Shown in pieces: positions 23,644 to 35,600 of a DNA stretch of 39,305 bases. The first letter of the stretch is position 1; the number at the start of each line of letters is the position of its first letter. The notes beneath the pieces are model-generated. The model was not told the DNA's origin and did not search any database. It saw only the letters and a program-made list of their open reading frames with translations. The stretch is from Chiloscyllium plagiosum (lineage: Eukaryota). The position numbers and the translations under genes are program-made. Location of the stretch: contig NW_025214123.1 of the NCBI RefSeq assembly GCF_004010195.1, positions 1 to 39,305 of the forward strand, given 5' to 3'.

Positions 23644-26600
23644 TTGTGTAAATAGCTCTCTGAGTTATCCTGTAAATGTTTAGTTATTGACAATCGCGCT
23701 GTACCTTACTGTAATGTAAATAGCTCTCAACGTTGCTCAGTAAATGTCTAGATATTGACATGAGCGGTATACTTTACTATGGTGAAAATATCTATCTGAG
23801 TTACCCTGTAAATGTTTAGATATTACATGATTGCTATACCTTATTGTAGTGTCAATAGCTCTCTGACTTACCCAGTAAATGATTAGAAATTGAGATGAGC
23901 AGTATATGTTACTGTAGAGTAAATATCTGTCTGAGTTACACTGTAAATTTTTAGTTATGACATGAGTGGTATACCTTTCTATAGTGTAAATAGATCTCTG
24001 AGAGACACGGTAAATATTTAGTTATTCCATGAACACTATACCTTACTGTAGTGTAAATAGCTACCCGAGTTTCTCTTAAATGTTTAGATATAAGCGTGAG
24101 TGGTATATAATACTGTAGTGCATATAGTTCTCTGAGTTATTCTGAAAATGTTTAGATATTGACATGAGCAGTATATCTTACTGTAGTGTAAATCTCTATC
24201 TGAGTTACACTGTAAATGTTTAGTTATTACATGAGCGGTATACCTTACTGTAATGTATATATCTGTCTGAGTTTCCTTGTAAATGTTTAGTTATTGACAT
24301 GTGCGTTATACCTTACTGCAGTGTAATTATCTATGTCAGTTACACTGTAAATATTTAGTTATTCACATGAGCGGTATATCTTACTGTAGTATAAATATCT
24401 GTCTGAGTTACCTTGTAAGTATTTAGTTATTACACGACGGTATGCCTTACTGTCGAGAAAATAGCTCTCTGAGGTACACTGTGAATGTTTAGTTATTACA
24501 TGAGCGGTATACCTTACTGTACCGTAAATATCTATCTGAGTTCCCCTGTAATGTTTAGTTATTAACATGAGTGGTATAACTTACTGTACTGTAAATAGCT
24601 CTCTGAGTTACCCTGTAACTGTTTAGTTATTGACATGAGGGGGATACATTACTATAGTTTAAATATTTCTCTGAGTTACCCTGTAAATATTTAGTGAATG
24701 ACATGAGCAGTATAAATCACTGCAGTGTAAATATCAATCTCAATTAATCTGTAAATGTTCAGATTTTGACATGACGGTATAACAAACTGTAGTGAAAATA
24801 GGTGTCTGAGTTACCCTGTAAATATTTAGTTATTGACATGCGTGTGATACCTTACTGCAGTGTACATAGCTCGCTGAATTACCCTGCACATGTTTAGATA
24901 TTGACTTGAGTGGTATACTTTACTGTAGTGTAAACAGCTCTCTGAGTTCCCCTGTAAATGTTTAGATATTGACATGAGCGTCATAACTTCCTGTGGTGTA
25001 AATATCTTTCTGAGATACCCTGTAAATGTTCAGTTATTGACATGAGCGGTATACCATACTGTAGTGTAAATAGCTCTCTGAGTTACCCTGTAAACATTTA
25101 GATAGTGACATGAGCGGTATACCTTACTGAAGTGTAAATATCTATCTGAGTTACCCTGCAAAGTTTTAGTTATTGACATGTGCGTTATAACTTACCGTAG
25201 TGCAAATAGCTATCTCAGTAACCCTGAAAATGTTTAGATATCGACATGAGCGGTATATCTTACTGTGGTGTAAATTGTTTTCTTAGTTACCCTCTAAATC
25301 TTTAGATATTGACATGAGCGGTATACATTACTCTAGTATAAATATGTCTCTGAGTTACCTGTAAATGTTTAGTTATTGACATGAGCAGTATACCTTCCTG
25401 TACTGTAAATAGCTATCTGAGTTACCCTGTAAATGTTTAGTTACTGACATGTGTTATACCTTACTGTAGTGTAATTATCTATCACAGTGACCATGTAAAT
25501 ATTTAGTTTTTGACATGAGCGGTATACCTGACTGTAGTGAAAATAGCTGTCTGAGTTACCCTGTAAATGTTTAGGTATTGACATGAGCGGTATACCTTAC
25601 TGTACTGTAAATAGCTCTCTGAGTTACGCTGTACATGTTTAGTCATTGACATGAGCGGTATACCTTACTGTAGTGTAAATAGCTCTCTGACTTACCACAT
25701 ATATGTTTAGTTATTGGCATGAGCAGTATACCTTAATGTACTGTAAATAGCTATCTGAGTTGCAATGTAAATTTTTAGATATTGACATGAGCGGTATACC
25801 TTGTGTGGTGAAAATATCTTTCTGAGTTACCCTGTAAATGTTCAGTTATTACACGAGTGGGTACCTCACTGTTGTGTAAAAACCTATTTGAGTTACCCTA
25901 TTAATGATTAGTTATTACATACTTGGTATACCTTAATGCAGTGTAAATAGCTCTCTGAGTTACTTTGTAAATGTTAAGTTCTTGACATAAGCGTTATATC
26001 TTACTGAAGTGTAAATATCTATCTGAGCACCCTGTAAATGTTTAATTATTGACATGTGCATATTACATTATTGTAGTGTAAATATCTGTCTCAATTACCC
26101 TGTAAATGTTTAGATATTGACATATGAGGTATACGTTATTGTAGTATAAATAGCTCTCTGAGGTTTCCTGTAAATGTTAAGTTATTTAACATGAGCGGTA
26201 AACATTAGTGTCATGTAAATATCTATCTGACTTACCCTGTAAATGTTTAGTTATTGATATGAGTGGTATACCTTACTGTACTGTAAATAGCTCTCTGAGT
26301 TACCCTGTAAATGTTTAGTTACTGACATGAGCGGTATACCTTACTGTACTGTAAATAGCTCTCTGAGTTACCCTGTAAATGTTTAGTTATTGACATGAGC
26401 GGTCTATATTACCATACTGTAAATAGCTTTCTGAGTTAACCTGTAAATGTTCACTTTTTGACATGAGCGGTATATCTTACTTTGGTGTAAATATCTATCT
26501 GAGTTACCCTGCAATCGTTTAATTATTGACATGTGCGTTATAACTTAGTGTATTGTAAATATCTATCACAGTTACCCTGAAATGTTTAGATATTGGCATG

Positions 26601-29600
26601 AGAGATATACCTTACTGAAGAATAAATAGCCCTCTGAGTTACCCTATAAATGTTAAGTTATTGAGATGAGCGGAATACCTTACTGCAGTGTAAATGTCTA
26701 TTTGAGTTACCCTGTAAATGTTTAGTTATTGACATGAACGGTATACCATACTGTAGTGTAAATAGCTCTCTGAGTTACCCTGGAAATGTTTAGTTTTTAC
26801 ATGAGTGGTATACCTTACCGTGCTGTAAATATCTATCTGAGCACCCTGTAAATGTTTAATTATTGACATGTGCGTGTTCCATTATTGTAGTGTAAATATC
26901 TCAGTTACCCTGTAAATGTTAAGTTATTTAATATGAGCGGTATACCTTACTGTCGTGTAAATATCTATCTGAGTTACCCTATAAATGTTTAGTGATTTTC
27001 ATGAGTGGTATACCTTACTGTAGTGTAAGTAGCTCTCTGAGTTACCCTGTAAATATTTAGATAGTGACATGAGCGGTATACCTTCCTGAAGTGTAAATAT
27101 CTATCTGAATTACCCTGTAAAGGTTTAGTTATTAACATGTGCGTTATAGGTTACCGTAGTGCAAATAGCTATCTCAGTAACCCTGAAAATGTTTAGACAT
27201 TGTCATGAGCGGTATATCTTACTGTAGTATAAATAGCTATCTGAGTTACCTTTAAAAATGTTTAGATATTGACATGAGCGCTATAGCTTCCTGTAGTGTA
27301 AATAGCTATCTGAGATACCCTGTAAAGGTTCAGATATTGACATGTGCAGTATACCATACAATAGTGTAAATATCTACCTGAGTTACCCTCCAAATGTTTA
27401 GTTATTGACATGAGCGGTTTAGCTTACTGTCGTGTAAATCTCAATTTGAGTTACCCTGAAATGTTTAGTTATTTCATGAGCGTTATAACCTCACTGTAGT
27501 GTAGATAGCTCTCTGAGTTATCCTGAAAATGTTTAGTTATTGACATGAGCGGTATATATTACCATACTGTAAATAGTTCTCTGAGTTACCCTGTAAATGG
27601 TTACTTAATGACATGAGCGGGATATCTTACTTTGGTGTAAATATCTAACTGAGTTACCCTGCAACTGTTTATTTATTGACATGTGCGTGCCAACTTAGTG
27701 TATTGTAAATATCTATCACAGTTACCCTGCAATGTATCGATATTGACATGAAAGGTATACCTTACACAAGTATAAATAGCTCTCTGAGTAACCATATAAA
27801 TGGTAAGTTATTGAGATGAGCGGAATACCTTACTGCAGTGTAAATATCTATCTGAGTTACCCAGGAAATGTTCCGTTTTTGACATGAGCGGTATACCTTA
27901 CTGTAGTGAAAATTGCTGTCTGTGTACCCTATATACGTTTAGTTATTATATGAGTGGTATAGCTTACTGCAGTGTAAATAGCTCTGCGAGTTACCCTGTA
28001 AATGTTTAGTTATTAACATGAGCAGTACACCTTACAGTACTTTAAATATCTATCTGAGTTACCCTGGAAATATTTAGATAGTGACATGAGCGGTATACCT
28101 TCCTGAAGTGTAAATATCTATCTGAGTTACCCGGTAAAGGTTTAGTTATTGACATGTGCGTTATATGTTACCGTCGTGCAAATAGCTATCTCAGTAACAC
28201 TGAAAATGTTTAGACATTGTCATGATCGGTATATCTTACTGTAGTATAAATAGCTATCTGAGTTACCTTTAAAATGTTTAGATATTGACATGAGTGGTAT
28301 ACCTTACTGTAGTGTAAGTAGCTCTCTGAGTTACCCTGTAAATGTTTAGTTACTAGCATGAGCGGTATCCCTTACTGTAGTGTAAATATCTATCTGAGTT
28401 ACCCTGTAAATGTTCAGATATTGACATGAGCGGTAACCCTTACTGTCGTGTAAATATCTATCTGAGTTACCCTTAAATATTTAGTTATTGACGTGAGCAG
28501 TATACCTTACTGTAGTGTAAATCTCTATCTGTGTTGTACTGTAAATGTTTAGTTATTGCATGAACTGGTTCACCACACTGTATTATAAATAGTCCTCTGA
28601 GTTACCCTGCAAATGTTTAGTTATCAACATGAGCGTTATACCTTACTGTACTGTAAATCGCTATCTGAGGTACCCTGTAAATGTTTAGTTATTGACATGT
28701 GTGTTATACCTTACTGTAGTGTAATTATCTCTCTCAGCTATATTATGGAAATATTTAGTTTTTGACTTGAGCGGTACACCTGACTGTCGTGAAAATAGCT
28801 GTTTGAGTTACCCTGTAAATGTTTAGTTATTGACATGAGCGTTTTACCTTACTGTAGTGTAAATCACAATTTGAGTTACCCTGTAAATGTTTAGTTATTT
28901 CATGAGCGTTATACCTAACTGTAGTGTAAATAGCTCTCTGAGTTATCCTGTAAACGTTTAGTTATTGTCATGAGTTGTATATCTTACTGTAGTGTAAATA
29001 GCTCACAGACTTACCCGTATATGTTTAGTTATTGACATGAGCAGTATATCTTAATGTACTGTAAAAAGCTATCTGAGTTGCAATGCAAATGTTTAGATAT
29101 TAACATGAGCGGTATAGATTACTGGAGTGTAAATAGCTCTCTGAGTTACGCTGCACATGTTTAGTTATTGACATGAGTGGTATATCTTACTGTAGTGCAA
29201 ATAGCTCTCAGACTTACCCGTATATGTTTAGTTATTGACATGAGCAGTGTACCTTAATGTACTGTAAAAAGCTATCTGAGTTGCAATGTAAATGTTTAGA
29301 TATTGACATGAGCGGTATACCTTACTGTGGTGAAAATCGCTGCCTGAGTTACCCTGTACATGTTTAGATATTGACTTGAGCGGTATACCTTACTGTAGTG
29401 TAAATAGCTCTCTGAGTTACCCTGGAAATGTTTAGTTATTACATGAGTGGTATACCTCACTGTAGTGTAAATAGCTTCTGAGTTTCCGTATACACGTTTA
29501 GTTATTACATGAGTAGTATACCTTACTGCAGTGTAAATAGCTCTCTGAGTTACGCTGTAAATGTTTAGTTATTACACGAGTGGTATACCTCACTGTTGTG

Positions 29601-32600
29601 TAAATGCCTCTTTGAGTTACACTATTAATGTTTAGTTATTACATGAGTAGTATACCTTAATGCAGTGTAAATAGCTCTCTGAGTTACCCTGTAAATGGTT
29701 AGTTATTCACATGAGTGGTATACCTTACCGTACTGTAAATACCTCTCTGAGTAACCCTGTAAATGTTTAGTTCTTGACATGAGCGGTATATCTAACTGGA
29801 GTGTAAATATCTATCTGAGCTCCCTGTAAATGTTTAATTATTGACATGTGCATATTACATTATTGTAGTGTAAATATCTGTTTCAGTTACACTGTAAATG
29901 TTTAGATATTCACATGTGAGGTATACCTTATTGTAGAATAAATAGATCTCTGAGGTACCCTGTAAATGTTTAGTTTTTTGACATGAGCGGTATACCTTAC
30001 TGGAGGGTAAATAGCTCTCTGACTTATAAAGTAAACATTTAGTTATTACATGAGCAGTGCTCCTCACTATGGTATAAATAGCTCTCTGAGTTACCCAGTA
30101 AATGTTTAGTTCATGACATGAGCGGAATACCTCAATGTAGTGTAAATATCTATCTGAGTTACCCTGTAAATATTTAGTTATTGATATGCGCGTTATATCT
30201 TCATGTAGTCAAATTATCTATCTGAGTTACACTGTAGATGTTTAGTTTTTGACATGAGCGGTATACCTTACTGTAGCGACAATAGCTGTCTGAGTTACCC
30301 TGAAAATGTTTAGTTATTGACATGAGCGCTATGCCTTACTGTCGTGTAAATAGCTCTCTGAGTTCTCCTGTAAATGTTTAGTTATTGACATGAGCAGTGT
30401 ACCTTGCTGTACTGTAAATAGCTATCAAAGTTGCAATGTAAATGTTTAGATATTGACAGGAGCGGTATACCTTACTGTGGTGTCAATATCTTTCTCAGTT
30501 ACCCTGTAAATGTTTAGTTACTGACATGAGCGATATACCATACTGTAGTGTTAATAGCTCTCTGAGTTACCCTGTAATTGTTTCGATGTTGACCTGAGCG
30601 GTGTACCTTACTGCAGTGTAAATAGCTCTCTGAGCTACCCTGTAAATGTTCAGATATTGACATGAGCGGTATACCTTACTGTAGTGTAAATATCTATCTG
30701 AGATACCCTGTAAATGTTTAGTTATTGGAATGTGCGTTATAACTTACTGTAGTGTAAATATCTATCTCAGTTACCCTGTAATGTTTAGATATTGACATGA
30801 GAGTTATACCTTACTGAAGAATCAATAGCACTCTAAGTTACCCTGTAAATGTTAAGTTATTGACATGAGCGGAATACCTTACTGCAGTGTAAATTTCTAT
30901 CTGCGTTACCCTGTGAATATTTCGAGATTGACATGAGAGGGATATCTTACTGTGGTGTAAATTGTTTTCTGAGTTACCCTCTAAATCTTTAGATATTGAC
31001 ATGAGCAGTATACCTTACTCTAGTGTAAATAGGTCTCTGAGATACCCTGTAAATGTTAAGTTATTAACATGACCGGAATACGTTACTGCAGTGTAGATTT
31101 CTATCTGCGTTACCCTGTGAATATTTAGAGATTGACATGAGCGGGATATCTTACTGTGGTGTGAATTGTTTTCTGAGTTACCCTCTAAATCTTTAGATAT
31201 TGACGTGAGCAGTATACCTTACTCTAGTGTAAATAGGTCTCTGAGTTACCCTGTAAATAATTAGATATTGACATGAGAGGTATATCTTAATCTAGTGAAA
31301 CTTTCTCTCTAATTTACCCTGCAAATGTTTAGATAGTGACATGAGTGGTATAACTTACTGTAGTGTAAATACGTCTCTGAGTTTCCCTGTAAATGTTTAT
31401 TTATTGCCATGAGCAGTATACTTTACTGTAGTGTAAACATCTATCTGAGTTACCCTGTAAATGTTTAGTTATTGACATGAGTGGTATACCTTACTCTACA
31501 GTAAATAGCTCTCTGATTTACACTGTAAATGTTTAGTTATTGACATAGTGGTATCCCTTGCCGTTCTGTAAATAGCTCTCTGATTTACCCTGTAAATGTT
31601 TTGTTCTTGACATGTGCGGTTTCTCTTACTGTAGTGTAAATATCTTTCTGAATACCCTGTAAATGTTTAATTATTGAAATGTGCGTATTACCTTACTGTA
31701 GTGTAAATATCTGTCTCAGTTACCCTTTAAATGTTTAGATATTGACATGAGAGGTATACCTTATTGTAGTATAAATCGCTCTCTGAGTTACCCTGTAAAT
31801 GTTAAGTTATTTAACATGAGTGGGAAACCTTACTGTCGTGTAAATATCTATCTGAGTTACCCTGTAAATGTTTAGTTGTTGACATGAGTGGTATACCTTA
31901 ATGTAGCTTAAATAGCTCTGAGTTACCCTGTAAAATGTTTAGTCATTAACATGAGCTTTTTACCTTTTCTGTACTGTAAATAGCTATCTGAGTTACCCAT
32001 TAAGTGGTTTGTTATTGACATACGCGTTATACCTTATTGTAGTGAAATTATCTGTCTCAGTTACCCTGTAAATGCTTAGTTTTTGATCTTAATGTAGCGT
32101 AAATAGCTCTCTGAGTAACCCTGCAAAATGATTAGTTATTAACATGAGCTTTATACCTTGTCTGTACTGTAAATAGCTATCTGAGTTACCCAGCAAATGT
32201 TCCGTTATTGACATGAGCGGTATACCTTACTGTAGTGAAAATTGCTGTCTGAGTTACCCTATACACGTTTAGTTATTACATGAGTGGTATACCTTACTGC
32301 AGTGTAAATACCTCTCCGAGTTACCCTGTAAATGTTTAGTTATTAACATGAGCGGTATAACTTACTGTACTTTAAATAGCTATATGAGTTACCATGTAAA
32401 TGTTTAGTTATTGACATGAGCAGTATACCTTACTGCAGTGTAAATATCTATCTGAGTTACCCTGTAAATGTTTAGATATTGACATGAGCGGTATACCTTC
32501 CTGTAGTGTAAATATCTATCTGAGTTTCCCTATAATGTTTAGTTATTGACATGAGCGGTATTCCTTACTGTGGTGTAAATATCTATCTGAGTTACCCTTA

Positions 32601-35600
32601 AATGTTTAGTTATTGACATGAGCAGTAAACCTTACTGTAGTGTCAATCTCTATCTGAGTTATACTGCAAATTTTTAGTTATTGCATGAACCGATATACCA
32701 CACTGTATTTTCAACAGCTCTCTGAGTTACCCTGCAAATGTTTAGTTATCAACATGAGCGTTACACCTTACTGTACTGTAAATTGCTATCTGAGTTACCC
32801 TGTAAATGTTTAGTTATTGACATGTGTGTTATACCTTACTGAGGTGTAATTATCTATCTCAGTTACCCTGTAAATGTTTAGTTTTTGACATGAGCGATAT
32901 ACTTGACTGTAGTGAAAATAGCTCCTGAGTTACCCTGTAAATGCTAAGGTATTGACATGAGCGGTGTAGATTACTGTAGTATAAATAGCTCTCTGAGCTA
33001 CGCTGTACATGTTTAGCTATTGACATGAGCAGTATACCGTAATGTACTGTAAATAGCTATCTTATTTGCAATTCAAATGTTTAGATATTGACATGAGCGG
33101 TATATCTTACTGTGGTGTAAATATCTTTCTGAGTTACCCTGTAAATGTTTAGTTATTGACATGAGCGGTATACCATACTGAAGTGAAAATAGCTCTCTGA
33201 GTTATCCTTTAAATGTTTAGTTATTACACGAGTGGGATACCTCACTGTTGCGTAAATACCTCTTTGAGTTACACTATTAATGTTTAGTTATTACATGAGT
33301 GGTATACCTTAATGCAGTGTAAATAGCTCTCTGAGTTACCTTGTAAATGTTTAGTTATTGACATGAGTGGTATACCTTACCGTACTGTAAATATCTCTCA
33401 GTAACCCTGTAAATGTTTAATTCTTGACATGAGTGGTATATCTAACTGGAGTGTAAATATCTATCTGAGCACCCTGTAAATGTTTAATTATTGACAAGTG
33501 CAGATTACATTATTGTAGTGTAAATATCTGTTCCTGTTTCCCTGTAAATGTTTAGATATTGACATGTGAGGTATAACTTATTGTAGTATAAATAGCTCTC
33601 TGAGGTTCCTTGTAAATGTTAAATTATTTAACATGAGCGGTATAGCTTACTGTCGTGTAAATATCTACCTGAGTTACCCTGTAAATGTTTATTTATTGAC
33701 ATGAGTGGTATACCTTAATGTAGTGTAAATAGCTCTCTGAGTTACCCTGTAAATGTATAGTTATTGACATCAGAGATGTACCTTACTGTAGTGTTAATAG
33801 CTCTCTGAGATACCCTGTAAATGTTCAGATATTGACATGAGTGGTATACCTTATTGTAGTATAACTAGCTCTCTGAGGTACCCTGTAAATGTTAAGTTAT
33901 TTAACAAGAGCTGTATACCTTACTGTCGTGTAAATATCTATCTGAGTTACCATGTAAATGAATAGATATTGACATGAGCGGTCTACCTTACTGTAGTGTA
34001 AATAGCTCTCTGAGCTACCCTGTAAATGTTTATTTATTGACATGAGCATTATCCCTTACTGTAGTGTAAATCTGTGTCTGTGTTATGCTGTAAATGTTTA
34101 GTTATTACATGAGAGGTACAGCTCACTGTAGTGTAAATAGCTCTCTGAGTTACCCTGTAAAATGTTTTGTTATTAACATGAGCTTTACACCTTTTCTGTA
34201 CTGTAAAGAGCTATCTGAGTTAACCTGTAAATGTTTAGTTATTGAAATGAGCGTTATACCTCACTGTAGCGTAAATATTTATGAGTTACGCAGTAAATGT
34301 TTCGTTATTGACCCGTGTGTCATACCTTACTGTAGTGAAATTATCTGTCTCAGTTACCCTGTAAATGCTTAGTTTTTGACATGTGCGGTATACCTTACTG
34401 TAGTGAAAATTGTTGTCTGAGTTACCCTGTAAATGTTTAGATATTGACATGAGCGGTATACCTTACTGTAGTGTAAATAGCTCTCTGAGTTACCCTGTAA
34501 ATGTTTACTTATTACATGTGCGGTACACCTCATTGTAGTGTAAATAGCTTCTGAGTTACCCTATACACGTTTAGTTCTTACATGAGTGGTATAACGTACT
34601 GCAGTGTAAATAGCTCTCCGAGTTACCCTGCAAAATATTCAGTTATTAACATGAGCGGTATACCTTACTGTACTTTAAATAGCTATCTGAGTTACCCTGT
34701 AAATGTTTAGTCACATGAGCGGTATACCTTACTGTAGTGTAAATATCTATCTGAGTTCCGCTATAAATGTTTAGTTATTGACATGAGTGGTATACGTGAC
34801 TGCAGTGTAAATAGCTCTCTGAGTTACCCTGTAAATGTTTAGATATTGACATGAGCGATATATCTTACTGTAGTGCAAAACTCTATCTGAGTTACCCTTA
34901 AATGTTTAGTTATTGACATGAGCGATATAACTTTTTGTAGTGTAAATCTGTATCTGAGTTATACTGTAAATTTTTAGTTACTGCATGACCGGCATACCTC
35001 ACTGTATTATAAATGGCTCTCTGAGTTCCCCAGTAAAAGTTTAATTATTAACATGAGCGTTATAGCTAACTGTACTGTAAATCGCTGTCTGAGTTACCCT
35101 GTAAGTGTTTAGTTATTGACATGTGTGTTATAGCTTACTGTAGTGTCATTATCTATCTCAGTTACCCTGTAAATGTTTATTTTTGAAATGAGCGGTATAT
35201 CTGACTCTAGTGAAAATAGCTGTCTGAGTTAACCTGGAAACGTTTAGATATTGACATAAGCGGTATAGCTTACTGTTGTGTAAATAGCTCTCTAAGTTAC
35301 GCTGTACATGTTTAGTTAGTGACATGAGCGGTATACCTTACTGTCGTGGAAATAGCTCTCTGAAATGCCCTGTAAATGTTTATATATTGACATGAGCGGT
35401 ACACCATACTGTAATATGAATAGCGCTCTGTTTTACCCTGTAAATGCTAAGTTATTACATGAGTGGTATACCTTACTGCAGTGTAAATAGCTACCTGATT
35501 TACACTGTAAATGTTTTGATATTGACATGAGCAGTATACCTTACTGTCGTGTAAATATCTCTCTGAGTTACCCTGTAAAAGTTTAGATATTGACATGAGC

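Noticed and set aside
1067..23693. Three giant ORFs (7513, 7436, 7526 aa) as real CDS
   Set aside because: They are fully overlapping in all three frames and are low-complexity translations of (CT)n/(CA)n. They show no synonymous variation and no recognisable domain. The openness is explained by composition.
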